From Myxococcales bacterium (GTDB taxonomy: Bacteria > Myxococcota_A > Bradymonadia > Bradymonadales > Bradymonadaceae), in contig SKQC01000102.1 in NCBI GenBank assembly GCA_007119175.1, positions 1 to 54,767 of the forward strand: a DNA stretch of 54,767 nucleotides, given 5' to 3'. Of this stretch, positions 27,474 to 37,258 are shown piece by piece. A model generated the notes under the pieces. That model saw only the letters and a program-made list of their open reading frames with translations, was not told where the DNA came from and did not search any database. The position numbers and the translations under genes are program-made. Numbering within the stretch: position 1 is the stretch's first letter; each line of letters starts with the position of its first letter.

Positions 27474-28502
27474 TCATCGACTGCTCTCGTCGAATGCCGA
27501 GCCGAGCCGCTCGGGATAGATCTGGTAGCTGACACCGTCGGCCCACTGCTCGAGTTGTTCGTAAAATATCTCCTCTTGAGCGCGAACGCGAAGCTCGTGG
27601 TCCACAAAGGCTTTTGCGGCATCTGCATCGACCGGCCGCTCGGGAATGACCTCCATCACGCGGATCAAATGCCAGCCAAACCGAGTTCGAACCGGCTCCG
27701 ACAACTCACCGATCCGCTCTTGTGTAGCCACAGACTCGGCGCCCTCGGCAAAATCTTGGACGACTCCCATCCAGCCCCGGGGAAGGTGATCGGAATCATA
27801 GGACTCGCCGGCGCGCGGAAAGCGAATATGCTCGTCGACGGCCACATCGAAGTCGCCATCAAAGACCTCCTCTTCGAGTTCCCTGGCCACTCTTCTCAGC
27901 GCATCATCGTCGACCTGGCCATCTAATCTCAGCAATGCCTCTTTTACGTATTCGCGGCCCTGTTCGTAATAGGGTTCTCGATCGTCACCACGCAATCGCA
28001 CCGTCTCGCCCTCGTCGTCTTCGATCTCATTGGGCACGAGCACGACCAGATGGCTTGCGCGCAGCCCCTCGGGAGCCCGGCGGGTCTGTTCGACCTGCTC
28101 TAAAAAGCCGTCGCGCCGCGACCAATCCGGCTCAGCTTTCGCCTCCACCTCGTCGGCCAATAATGCCGCGACCATCCCCTGTTTTCTGGAAAACGCCACT
28201 TCCGGACGCTCGTGATAGCCCTCTTCTCGTGCGAGCTGCGCCAGAATTTCGCGCTCCACCAGTCTTTCGAGCACCTCCTGGGTGCTTTTCTCCGGATCGT
28301 GGCGCCATGCCTCCTCGACATCGCCTCGGGTGATCGGCTGCCCGTCGACTCGCGCGACCACTTCTTCTTCATCGACCTCAGCGCGATGCGCCATCTCCCA
28401 GGCCTCATCGCCCTGCGGATGCTCGACGACGACCTCGCTTTCACAACCAACGGCGACTATCAAAATCCCCACAGCTAATAATGACCCCATCACAGGCTTC
28501 AT
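27474..28502 (-). CDS. PpiC/parvulin-type peptidyl-prolyl isomerase lipoprotein (SurA/PrsA-like)
   Basis: Start MKPVMGSLLAVGILIVAVGC (lipobox) at ATG 28502, overlapping the upstream stop (ATGA). Parvulin motifs are RASHLVVLV and SEPVRTRFGWHLIRV. The 474-aa track ORF is an upstream over-extension. Confidence 0.8.
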   Translation of the reverse strand: MKPVMGSLLAVGILIVAVGCESEVVVEHPQGDEAWEMAHRAEVDEEEVVARVDGQPITRGDVEEAWRHDPEKSTQEVLERLVEREILAQLAREEGYHERPEVAFSRKQGMVAALLADEVEAKAEPDWSRRDGFLEQVEQTRRAPEGLRASHLVVLVPNEIEDDEGETVRLRGDDREPYYEQGREYVKEALLRLDGQVDDDALRRVARELEEEVFDGDFDVAVDEHIRFPRAGESYDSDHLPRGWMGVVQDFAEGAESVATQERIGELSEPVRTRFGWHLIRVMEVIPERPVDADAAKAFVDHELRVRAQEEIFYEQLEQWADGVSYQIYPERLGSAFDESSR

Positions 28503-28699
28503 CTCGAACCCTCTTCGCGAACCGCTACGGCCAGCCGCGAGATATCGACTCCGGCGCGCACCACAAATAAAGCTACGACCAGGCCCATCAGACCGGCCAC
28601 ATAATCGGCGCCCGCCAAAAACTCGACGGTGCGATAAAAGAAATAGCCGCTGCCGAGGATAAATCCCAACCCGACCATATCGTAGATTCGTGCTCGCAT
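28499..28699 (-). CDS. small two-TM membrane protein (66 aa)
   Basis: Two hydrophobic helices (MVGLGFILGSGYFFY and YVAGLMGLVVALFVV). Translationally coupled to the PpiC gene and 9 nt downstream of the preceding gene. Confidence 0.55.
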   Translation of the reverse strand: MRARIYDMVGLGFILGSGYFFYRTVEFLAGADYVAGLMGLVVALFVVRAGVDISRLAVAVREEGSR

Positions 28700-28708
28700 C
28701 CGCTCGCT

Positions 28709-29527
28709 TTAGAGCATAAAGAAAAACAAGAAAAGCGTCGTGACAAATAGGCAGCCGAGCCACAACAGGACTCGTCGAACCAGCCGATCGGGCCTGGCGA
28801 TCAACCTCTTGAGGTCGGCGGACATTCCCGACCCACGCCGGTGGTGCTCCCAGTTTAGAGCCGGCAAAATCGCCCCGATATACACGGCGATCATCCACGC
28901 GAAATACATAGCGACCACAGTAAAGACGTGCTGCGTGCGCATCGCCGACTCATCGTCGAGGCTCGCCAATGCCTCGCTGGTCGCTGGATCAAAAAACAGG
29001 GCATAGGAGATAGCCGCGAATAACAAGCCCATCGCCGAAAAGCGCAATATCACAAAGCGCCGAAAGATATCGGCGTGGCCATCTTTTCGACCTCTTCCGT
29101 CGATATCGCCGCGCACCTCCCCTCGCACGGCGCGCCAATCGGGAGCGCCGGCGGCGACCACCAGATAAAGAGCAAATGTCGCCAATGACACGATCAGCGC
29201 CCCCGGCGAGGCCAAAGCCTCTAATTCGGCGTCCGGCAACATCGCCAGCCCCGGCAAAAAACTCACCGGCACCAGGCCCAATAAAATGGCCGGGTGACGC
29301 CAGATAACACCGACGGCGACGGCGAAAAAGGGCAACGAGTGCAGAGCGGCCACAAATTCCGAGCCGTCTTCACTTCGAGCCTCGGCAAGGATTCCCGGCC
29401 CCAGCCACTGAATCCAGAGACTGACGGCGACGACGACGAAGAGGATCGACCACAGACGAAGCCTTCGCGCTCGCCCGAAGGCCGCCTCCTCATCGCGCGC
29501 CGACTCCGCCGTCTCCTCTTTGGCCAT
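28709..29527 (-). CDS. polytopic integral membrane protein, unknown function
   Basis: 272 aa with about 7 hydrophobic segments. The start lies 3 nt after the upstream stop. No family recognised. Confidence 0.65.
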   Translation of the reverse strand: MAKEETAESARDEEAAFGRARRLRLWSILFVVVAVSLWIQWLGPGILAEARSEDGSEFVAALHSLPFFAVAVGVIWRHPAILLGLVPVSFLPGLAMLPDAELEALASPGALIVSLATFALYLVVAAGAPDWRAVRGEVRGDIDGRGRKDGHADIFRRFVILRFSAMGLLFAAISYALFFDPATSEALASLDDESAMRTQHVFTVVAMYFAWMIAVYIGAILPALNWEHHRRGSGMSADLKRLIARPDRLVRRVLLWLGCLFVTTLFLFFFML

Positions 29528-29530
29528 CGT

Positions 29531-30091
29531 CTACTCGACCGCCCACAAAATTTCTTCGGACTCGCCATTGCGCTCGATATCGACGCGCAGCTCTTCGGCG
29601 TCAGCCAGGGTATCCCAGGCCTCGCGGTAGTCATCCGGCTTCTCAAGCCGCACTAAATTGACGTGAGTGACCACGTCTCCGACCTGAAGGCGCGGCTCTA
29701 CATAATGGCTCGCCGTCGCCGAAAGCTCGACGATTTCAAATCCCACAAAGCCGTCTTCGTCGTGGACGGGAGCCGTGTCGACGTGCTGTAAGACGACCGC
29801 GGGGCCGAATTGCTCAAGCTGCTCGAGATAATAGCGATCGATAACCTCGGCGCTGGAATCCCATTCCCCCGCGGGCGGTTCGCCCTCGGCCTTCGGTGGC
29901 GTCGCCGGATTGCGCGGCGGCGGAGCAAATTCGTAGTCCTCGCTGCCCTCTTCCGGCGGCGCGCCGAGCACCTCGTCGGGCCCGGAGTCGCGATCGTCTT
30001 CGCGAAGATCGGGACCCGACGAACAGGCGGTGAGCGAAAAAAACAACACCGCCGCGCTCGCAACGGCGGCGATCCATGCTGACTGTCTCAT
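29531..30091 (-). CDS. lipoprotein with C-terminal PDZ-like (GspC-type) domain
   Basis: Lipobox FFSLTAC and a Pro/acidic linker. GFVGFEIVEL...LQVGDVVTHVNLVRLEKPDDYREAW resembles the PDZ domain of GspC-like proteins (by eye). Confidence 0.55.
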   Translation of the reverse strand: MRQSAWIAAVASAAVLFFSLTACSSGPDLREDDRDSGPDEVLGAPPEEGSEDYEFAPPPRNPATPPKAEGEPPAGEWDSSAEVIDRYYLEQLEQFGPAVVLQHVDTAPVHDEDGFVGFEIVELSATASHYVEPRLQVGDVVTHVNLVRLEKPDDYREAWDTLADAEELRVDIERNGESEEILWAVE

Positions 30092-30101
30092 ATCACTGTC
30101 C

Positions 30102-31001
30102 TTATTTCTTCCACGGGATAATGCCTCCCACCAGCCATTTCAGGGCATCCACGAGGTGTTTTTCGTCGTGCCAATAGTCGGCAGGAGGCCCCTTGTACTT
30201 CATCGCCCGATCCAGACTGGAGCCTATATCACTTCCACAGGACATGCATAAAAAATCTCCGTCGCGCTCCCAGGCCGTATAGCGGGTCAGTACCACGGCG
30301 CATTCGCAACACACGATCTCGAGATTGCCGTATTTATCGATATATTCTCGCATGGTGGTCTTTCCACCGGATGACTCGACCGCTGCTTTATCGGCCCGTT
30401 CCGCTTCTCGGCGCCGGCGCACCCGGTCGGCCTTCGTCGGTGAATCGACCGCTTTTTCTTGTTGTCCTTGCTCCTCACCGCCCTCGCCGGCGACGCCAAA
30501 TGCCTCCGCCAGCGCATTGTCCTCACCGGCGAGGCCACCGGCCATCATCGCCCCCATGACGAACGCCTCGTCGCCGACATCGCCGCCACTTTCGACCGCC
30601 ACAGCCTGCTCGGCAAGCTGGCGGCGCATCTTGCTCAATTTGCAGCGCTCGAATCCGTCGACCCACAATCCGCGACATGCCGGACATCGATCCAGCTCCA
30701 GCCCTATTGCTTCCACGAGATACATCGGCTCGCCGTCGCGCGGACACGCCAATTCGCCGGCATGCCCACACTCGCCACAGATCTCGGCTTCCTCTAGCTT
30801 CTCTCCGCAATAGCGACAGACCTCGGGAGAGTCGGCGATCTTTTCAAGTCCAGCTTCTACGCTTTTGTCGTCTTCGATTCCCAGAAGTCCGTCGAGCTCC
30901 GTCGCGTCGAGCCACACCCCGCGGCAACCGGTACAGACATCGATCTCCACTCCCTTCGGATGGCTATGCTTCATATCTGCCTGACAAGCCGGACATTTCA
31001 T
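30102..31001 (-). CDS. zinc-ribbon protein (two zf-TFIIB-type modules plus C-terminal Cys cluster)
   Basis: CPACQADM...EIDVCTGCRGVWLDATELDGLL and ELDRCPACRGLWVDGFE match the transcription-factor zinc-ribbon pattern. C-terminal CCECA...CMSCG. Confidence 0.7.
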   Translation of the reverse strand: MKCPACQADMKHSHPKGVEIDVCTGCRGVWLDATELDGLLGIEDDKSVEAGLEKIADSPEVCRYCGEKLEEAEICGECGHAGELACPRDGEPMYLVEAIGLELDRCPACRGLWVDGFERCKLSKMRRQLAEQAVAVESGGDVGDEAFVMGAMMAGGLAGEDNALAEAFGVAGEGGEEQGQQEKAVDSPTKADRVRRRREAERADKAAVESSGGKTTMREYIDKYGNLEIVCCECAVVLTRYTAWERDGDFLCMSCGSDIGSSLDRAMKYKGPPADYWHDEKHLVDALKWLVGGIIPWKK

Positions 31002-31061
31002 CGCTGCACTCCCGTCTCAACGCGAACCCACGATTATTATCGACAGTTTAGCACGGCAGCT

Positions 31062-32438
31062 TTAGTTTTCGCGACCAAGCCGCCGCAACATCTCATCGCA
31101 ACTGGCGAATTTATATTCGGGAATATCCCGGCGCTCGGCCTCCTCGGCTTCCATCTCAGCAAGCTTTTTGACCTCGTCGTAGTTGACGGCGTCGACGCCG
31201 CGAGCCTCGAGAAGCACTTGTAACTCGCCGACGATCTCTTCGACCGGTCGCGGCGACTTCGGCGCCACCGGAAACTCACCGTCGAGAAAGGCCATGATCT
31301 CGTCGCATCCCTGCACCGCATCGGCCCGGGCTTTACCGACGAGTCCGTCCGACGCCTTTCGCGCCCAGCCGACCACGAAGGTATCCCACATGGGCTCGCC
31401 CTTTTCTGGCTCGTGGACCATATAGCGGGGCCGGTCGGGATTGTCTTCCCAGGGCTCGGGTACGGTGGCGAAGGTATCGCTTCCATCGGGCGACAGTGGA
31501 AGCCCAAGCGACTGCTCGATGGCGTCGCCGATGGCAAATACCACGGTATCACAGGGGATGGTTTCGAATTCATCCAGATAATCCAATCCGACCCGATCCG
31601 AGTCCTCGGCCGGTTCGACAAGCCGGGTCTTTTCGCAGACCAGCCCCGTCACATTTCCGTGATCGTCGAGCTCGATGCGCACCGGACTTCGCAAAAAGCG
31701 CATCCGAAACGCCGTCTCGCTCTCCTTTTCCAGCGAATGATCGACGAATCGAAATAATGCTTTTTGCTCGGCCTCAACATCCTGGCCGATTGCCTCCATC
31801 GCCGGGCTCACCCGGTCAAATTCCGCTTCGAGAGCCTCCGTATCGAGAGCGCCGCTGACGAGCCGGTATTCTTTTCTGGTAAATTTTCGCTCCCCCGGCC
31901 CGCGCCGGGCCACGGCCGTCACCGAAGCCACCTGCTTTTCGCAGACCATCCAATGCACAATATCGAGGCAGACATTGCCCAATCCCACCACGGCGACTCG
32001 CCGGCCGACCGGGAATTCCCGCTCACTAAACGGTGGCAAATCGTTGTAGTGGTAGACCAGATCCTTGGCGTGGAAGACCGCATCAGCCTCCTCTCCGGGA
32101 AGCCCCAGCCATTTGGTTCCCTGAGCGCCGACGGCCACCACCGTGGCGTCGAATCCCAACGCCCGCACCTCGTCGAGGCTCACCTCACCGGCATCGCCGA
32201 CGGTGACATTTCCGAAATAGTCGACATTATCTCGGTCCAGAATTCGCTCAAAATAGCGCCGAAGTCCCGTCTTCATCCGATATTTCGTCGGATAGATCCC
32301 GAATTCTGCAAGGCCCCCGGGCTTGATGTCGCGATTTAGAATCACCACCTGGTGACCCGCCTCCGCGAGCACTTCCGTGGCGTAAAGACTGGCCTGTCCT
32401 GCGCCGATCACGGCGATATTTCGACTGGTTTCTGTCAT
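31062..32438 (-). CDS. FAD/NAD(P)-dependent oxidoreductase, FprA/adrenodoxin-reductase-like ferredoxin-NADP+ reductase
   Basis: IAVIGAGQASLYA (GxGxxG), second fold VAVVGLGNVCLD, and GWARKASDGLVGKARADA resembling the FprA GW-K-G-GVIGTN block. Confidence 0.65.
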   Translation of the reverse strand: MTETSRNIAVIGAGQASLYATEVLAEAGHQVVILNRDIKPGGLAEFGIYPTKYRMKTGLRRYFERILDRDNVDYFGNVTVGDAGEVSLDEVRALGFDATVVAVGAQGTKWLGLPGEEADAVFHAKDLVYHYNDLPPFSEREFPVGRRVAVVGLGNVCLDIVHWMVCEKQVASVTAVARRGPGERKFTRKEYRLVSGALDTEALEAEFDRVSPAMEAIGQDVEAEQKALFRFVDHSLEKESETAFRMRFLRSPVRIELDDHGNVTGLVCEKTRLVEPAEDSDRVGLDYLDEFETIPCDTVVFAIGDAIEQSLGLPLSPDGSDTFATVPEPWEDNPDRPRYMVHEPEKGEPMWDTFVVGWARKASDGLVGKARADAVQGCDEIMAFLDGEFPVAPKSPRPVEEIVGELQVLLEARGVDAVNYDEVKKLAEMEAEEAERRDIPEYKFASCDEMLRRLGREN

Positions 32439-32463
32439 ACCCTGCTCACTTTACTGCGTCGTA

Positions 32464-34272
32464 TTACTGACTTACGAGTGTTTCGTATCTTTCGACATCG
32501 TCGACGAGGGTTCCCGCAGCATCGATCCAAAACTCCGGATCGCCGAGGTCGGCGCCGAGATGCTTCCGGGCCACCTCTTCCGAGGTCATCCGACCCGTAT
32601 CCAGGAGGAGATCGTCGATCTTGGAGACGAATGCCTCGCCCTCCTGCATGGCCCGCGTATATACGGCCCGCGAAAAGAGATAGCCGAAGGTGTACGGAAA
32701 ATTATAAAATGGCAGACCTGCAAGAAAGAAATGCAGCTTCGAGGCCCAGAACAGCTCATCCACCGATGCCACGCCCTCACCATAGGCTTCTTCGAAGGCC
32801 TCTTTTGTCATCTCCCGGAGCAGATCCTCGTGAAGAGACTGCTCAGAGCGATGCGAGTGCATCTTTTTTTCCAACTCGTAGCGCGCCGGGATATTCATCA
32901 TAAACCCCACCGCTCGACTAAGCCTGTCGTCTAATAACGCCAGCTCCGTTTCGCCGCTCGCTTTTCGCAGCGCCGCCTGCTCGACGATGGCTTCCAAAAA
33001 TGTGCTCGCCGTCTCCGCAAGCCCCATCGGCACCCCCCGCTCGCTGTGGGGCAGCTCTTTCATGACCGCGGCGTGATAACCGTGACCCAATTCGTGAGCC
33101 AACGTCGTCACCCCGGTGTTAGTGCCGCCATAGGTCATAAAGATTCGGATCTCCTGTGATACGGGCAGCGACGTACAATATCCGCCCTGACGCTTGCCGG
33201 AGCGGTCCTCGGCCTCCACCCACTGATTGACCAGGGCATGGCGGCAGAAATCGGCAATTTTCGGCGAAAAACTCTCCGCCTGCTCGACGATAAATCGCTG
33301 CGCATCGGCATAGGAAATCTCTGTGTCATCGTCGCCGACGGGAGCCCTCAGATCGTACCAATCGAGGCGCTCCAACCCGAGCCATTTTGCCTTCGCCTGA
33401 AGATAGCGAACCAGCACGGGCCAAAATTCCGCCGATGCCTCGAACATGGCCTCCACCGTCTGGCGCTCCACGCGATTGACATTGAGGGCCTTCGTCAAGC
33501 AATCGCCGCCGCGGCGCTTATAAAATGTCTGCTCCGTGCCGCGAATCGCATTCAGTGCGGAGGCACAGATCGGCGCCACCTCGCCCCACGCCTTCTGCAG
33601 TCCATTATGGGCCGCCCGTCGAGTCTTTCGCTCGGAGCTATCCAGAAGATTTTTCGCCTGTCCCACCGAATAAGTCTTGACGCCGTCATCGGTCTCGACG
33701 CCGACCTCCAATCGGCCTGAGACTTCACTATAAAGCCGTCCCCAGGCGTGGAATCCATCGCGGTTCAGCTCGACGGCCAGCGCCTCCATCTCCGGTTTCA
33801 TCGACCTCGTCGCATCCCGCCGAAGCTCCTGGAGCCACAGGGTCATATCGCCGAAGCGCTCACTATCCAAAAAGGCCTGAAAGTCGTCGTCAGAGATGTC
33901 GCGAAATAAGCCGATCAATCCCACCCGTGCCTGGCGGATACCGGTAAGCGCATCGTCGAGACGCGAGGGCATTCGAAGCGCTGCCGGAATGTCGGTATGC
34001 GCCGAGGCCAGACCAAATCCGAATGACCGCGCCTCGGAGACCCTCATTTCCAACTCAAAAAAGCGGTCGAATAGCTCGCGCCAATCTCCCAATTCATCGC
34101 CCCCAACTTCTCGGGGCGCCTTTCGGTCCTCGATCGCGGCGTTCAGAGCTTCGATCTCATCTTCGAGGGCGTCGACCTCCTCGGAAAACGCCTCCGATTC
34201 AACACCTCCCTCAAAAATCGTCTCCAGATCCCAGCTCGGGTCCTCTGTCGGAAAAGCTGTGCTCATCGTCAA
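32464..34272 (-). CDS. pepF: M3B oligoendopeptidase F
   Basis: HELGHGYH zinc motif, 602 aa, and PepF-like overall layout. Confidence 0.85.
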   Translation of the reverse strand: MTMSTAFPTEDPSWDLETIFEGGVESEAFSEEVDALEDEIEALNAAIEDRKAPREVGGDELGDWRELFDRFFELEMRVSEARSFGFGLASAHTDIPAALRMPSRLDDALTGIRQARVGLIGLFRDISDDDFQAFLDSERFGDMTLWLQELRRDATRSMKPEMEALAVELNRDGFHAWGRLYSEVSGRLEVGVETDDGVKTYSVGQAKNLLDSSERKTRRAAHNGLQKAWGEVAPICASALNAIRGTEQTFYKRRGGDCLTKALNVNRVERQTVEAMFEASAEFWPVLVRYLQAKAKWLGLERLDWYDLRAPVGDDDTEISYADAQRFIVEQAESFSPKIADFCRHALVNQWVEAEDRSGKRQGGYCTSLPVSQEIRIFMTYGGTNTGVTTLAHELGHGYHAAVMKELPHSERGVPMGLAETASTFLEAIVEQAALRKASGETELALLDDRLSRAVGFMMNIPARYELEKKMHSHRSEQSLHEDLLREMTKEAFEEAYGEGVASVDELFWASKLHFFLAGLPFYNFPYTFGYLFSRAVYTRAMQEGEAFVSKIDDLLLDTGRMTSEEVARKHLGADLGDPEFWIDAAGTLVDDVERYETLVSQ

Positions 34273-34473
34273 TCTCCTAAGGCAACCAAATTTGGCGTAT
34301 CATCCAAATTGCGTCGGCAACGGTGCGCACCATAGTGATCACCGACTCCCGTTACAACGCCCGCACCAGCAGCCTGTGAATTTCCCCGACCCTGCCTTGG
34401 CCTGCCCTTTGCCGGGCCCTAGACGGAACGTGATTTAAATGAAACGCGGTATCGGCGTGATGATTGGGCCAAA

Positions 34474-34491
34474 GTTCGGTTCGAACCGAAC
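34474..34491. promoter_or_regulatory. perfect 18-bp palindrome gttcggttcgaaccgaac in the pepF/cls divergent intergenic region (candidate operator)
   Basis: The 18-mer is exactly self-complementary. It lies 202 nt upstream of pepF and 153 nt upstream of the cls ATG. Confidence 0.4.
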
Positions 34492-34643
34492 GCAGGCGTA
34501 GCATCGCTACTTCAAGCGAGGATCGGCCGAAAGATGGTTCAATCAGCCGGCGAGGCATATGTTTCAGTTAAATCGTCTTTCGTTTAATGTTGTCGATATG
34601 CTGCCATCGCGCCCTTTCCACTTTCCGGACGCCGGCCTCGTCG

Positions 34644-36119
34644 ATGTCGTTGAACGAATTTTTCACACTTTACGCGGCCATCGAGCCCTATTTTCCGATC
34701 GTCTTTACGGGCCTCGCCGTCACCGCCGCCGCATTGACCTCCGTTCACGTCATCTTGTCGCGCCGCGATCCGGGCTCATCGATTGCCTGGATCGCCCTGG
34801 TATGGCTGGCTCCTCTGGTCGGTGTGGTCGCCTATCTGATCTTTGGAATCAACCGAATCCGTCGCCGGGTAAAAAGCCTGCACATCTTCGAGGAGCATTA
34901 TTATAGCGAGCCCGCCGTCGAGCCCGTCACAACCGATCAGCTCGCCGAATTTCTCCAGGAGGACTGCCGCCATCTCGCCCAACTGCAGCCTCTTGTCGAC
35001 AACGTCGTCAATCGGGCCCTGTTGCCGGGCGCCCGTCTCACTCCCCTCTTCGACGGCGATCAGGCCTACCCGGCCATGCTGGAGGCCATCGCTGAAGCAC
35101 AGGAGACGATCAACCTCGTCAGCTATATCTTCGATAACGACGAGGCCGGCCGCGACTTCGTCGATGCCCTGGCAAAAGCCCGCAATCGAGGCGTCGAGGT
35201 CCGCGTTCTCATCGACGCCGCCGGATTGCGCTATACCTTTCCCTCTATTATGCGCCGGCTCAAGCGAGCTGACGTGCAGGCCTCGCGCTTTCTCCCATCG
35301 ATATTTCCGCCCCACATCATGACCATGAATCTGCGCAATCACCGCAAGATCATGGTCGTCGACGGCAAGCTGGGATTTACGGGAGGAATCAATATCCGCT
35401 CCCATCATCTGCTGGAGAGTCATCCCACATTTCCGGCCCGCGATCTGCATTTTAAAGTCGAGGGGCCCGTTGTCGCCCACCTCCAGGAGGTATTCGCCGA
35501 CGACTGGCAATTTTCCACAGACGAAGAATTGCGAGGCGAGAAATTTTTTCCCCGTCTTCAAAAGGTGGGAAAGACCCTGGCGCGGGGAATTCCCGATGGC
35601 CCCGATGAAGATCTCGACAAATTGCGATGGACCATCAAGGGGGCGATTGCTTCGGCACGAGATCGCGTGCGGATTATGACGCCCTATTTTATCCCCGACC
35701 CGCCGATGGTCTCCCTATTGGCGGTGGCCGCCCTGCGCGGTATTCAGGTCGATATTATCTTGCCCGCCGTCAACAATCTGCCCATCGTCAACTGGGCCTC
35801 GAAGGCTCATCTTCGGCCGCTGCTCAACCGGGGATGCCGCATCTTTTATACCCCGCCCCCCTTCGATCACTCGAAGTTGATGGTCGTCGACGGGATGTGG
35901 TTTTTATGCGGCTCGGCAAATATTGATCCACGAAGCCTGCGACTGAATTTTGAGTTTAATCTTGAATGCTGGGACGAGGAGCTGGCCACCTCGCTCGACG
36001 ACTATCTCTCGACGCGAATCGACGAGGCATCGGAGTTGACCCTTGAGGAGTACGACAACCGCTCGCGCCTCTTAGAACTACGCGACGGGGCCGCCGCACT
36101 GCTCTCCCCTTATCTCTGA
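34644..36119 (+). CDS. cls: cardiolipin synthase (two PLD/HKD motifs)
   Basis: HRKIMVVDGKLGFTGGINI and HSKLMVVDGMWFLCGSANID, plus two N-terminal TM helices. ATG 34644 preferred over the track start at 34587. Confidence 0.9.
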   Translation: MSLNEFFTLYAAIEPYFPIVFTGLAVTAAALTSVHVILSRRDPGSSIAWIALVWLAPLVGVVAYLIFGINRIRRRVKSLHIFEEHYYSEPAVEPVTTDQLAEFLQEDCRHLAQLQPLVDNVVNRALLPGARLTPLFDGDQAYPAMLEAIAEAQETINLVSYIFDNDEAGRDFVDALAKARNRGVEVRVLIDAAGLRYTFPSIMRRLKRADVQASRFLPSIFPPHIMTMNLRNHRKIMVVDGKLGFTGGINIRSHHLLESHPTFPARDLHFKVEGPVVAHLQEVFADDWQFSTDEELRGEKFFPRLQKVGKTLARGIPDGPDEDLDKLRWTIKGAIASARDRVRIMTPYFIPDPPMVSLLAVAALRGIQVDIILPAVNNLPIVNWASKAHLRPLLNRGCRIFYTPPPFDHSKLMVVDGMWFLCGSANIDPRSLRLNFEFNLECWDEELATSLDDYLSTRIDEASELTLEEYDNRSRLLELRDGAAALLSPYL

Positions 36120-37258
36120 GATTTTGCCCGCCATAGCGTCTCGATTTTTTTCAATAATGCCGCCGACGCCACCTGCGATAACTCCTCGGCAGCCACCCAG
36201 CGCCACTGATCGTCGTGGCCGCCGCAGCGTCTGTGTTCAACAGCCAGATCATGGATCCGCATCTTTAGGCGGCGATGAGAAAAAATATGCTCCACCGTCC
36301 CCAGCGCCCGCTCAAGCTTTATCTGTGGCCCGTCGACCTCGATAGGCTCGCCTATCCGACGCTCCAACAGGCTGGCTTTCGGCCAGGTTTTACCCTCGCG
36401 CTCACAGGACGGAAACTCCCATAATCCGCCGAGCAATCCCCCCTCGGGGCGGCGGCGAAGCAAAAATTCCCGGCCGTCTTCACCTCGGCGATGGACCACA
36501 CAGCACCGCGCTCGCATCGGCTCTGGGGCCCGTCGCTTTTTAGGGGTGGGAAATTGCCCCGGATCGCCCATCGCCTCCCCCTTACACCACTGGCGCACCG
36601 GGCAGATCGTGCACTTCGGTGTGCCCGTGGTACACACCAGCGATCCGAGCTCCATCAATCCCTGATTGAAGTCGCCCGGCCTGTCCGGATCGACGACCTC
36701 GGCGGCCCGTTTCCAGATCGCCTCTTTCGCCGGAGCCCGCCTCGGATCGCCTTCGATGGCGTATAATCGGGAGATGACGCGCATGACGTTGCCATCGACC
36801 ACCGGCTCTCTCTTGCCGAAGGCGATGGAGGCAATAGCTCCAGCCGTATAGGGCCCGATTCCGGGGAGCTCTCTTAGTTGCGCCACCGTCGACGGTACCT
36901 CTGCGTTATATTCTTTGACGATCCGCTGTGCCGCTCGATGGACATACCTCGCGCGCCGGTAATAACCGAGTCCGGACCACAGCTCGAGGACCTCCTCCAC
37001 CGGCGCATCGGCCAGCTCTTCGACGTCGGGAAACCGGGCCATCCAGCGCTCGAAATAGTCGACCACCGTCGTCACCTGAGTTTGCTGCAGCATCATCTCC
37101 GAGACCCACACCGCGTATGGATCGTCGACGTGACGCCAGGGCAGATCGCGCTTATGGGCGTCGAACCACTCCAATAGCGAATGCCGCAGCTCGCTGTGCT
37201 GTGCCGAATCGCCTTCTTCCCCCTCCAATAATCGCTCATTTTGATTAGACGGGCTCAC
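36110..37258 (-). CDS. mutY: A/G-specific adenine DNA glycosylase
   Basis: DPYAVWVSEMMLQQTQV HhH-GPD block, Fe-S loop CTTGTPKCTICPVRQWC, and a C-terminal NUDIX-like domain. Start uncertain (GTG 37258 or TTG 37228). The track ORF extends too far upstream. Confidence 0.85.
   Translation of the reverse strand: MSPSNQNERLLEGEEGDSAQHSELRHSLLEWFDAHKRDLPWRHVDDPYAVWVSEMMLQQTQVTTVVDYFERWMARFPDVEELADAPVEEVLELWSGLGYYRRARYVHRAAQRIVKEYNAEVPSTVAQLRELPGIGPYTAGAIASIAFGKREPVVDGNVMRVISRLYAIEGDPRRAPAKEAIWKRAAEVVDPDRPGDFNQGLMELGSLVCTTGTPKCTICPVRQWCKGEAMGDPGQFPTPKKRRAPEPMRARCCVVHRRGEDGREFLLRRRPEGGLLGGLWEFPSCEREGKTWPKASLLERRIGEPIEVDGPQIKLERALGTVEHIFSHRRLKMRIHDLAVEHRRCGGHDDQWRWVAAEELSQVASAALLKKIETLWRAKSQR

Noticed and set aside
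27474-28898. 474-aa version of the PpiC ORF, and similar long N-terminal extensions of pbpC, hyuB, cls, mutY and the 38980-40590 ORF
   Set aside because: The extensions overlap upstream genes and are Arg-rich nonsense. Internal starts give canonical signal peptides or lipoboxes, or ortholog-like N-termini, often with 4-nt start/stop overlaps.
34400-34500. tRNA-like GGTTCGAACC (T-loop-like) sequence inside the 18-bp palindrome
   Set aside because: The best T-arm reading leaves a 6-nt rather than 7-nt loop. The candidate acceptor halves (gcctgcc / cgcaggc) are about 99 nt apart with a mismatch. I found no D-arm or anticodon arm and no CCA or discriminator context. It was kept only as a palindrome.
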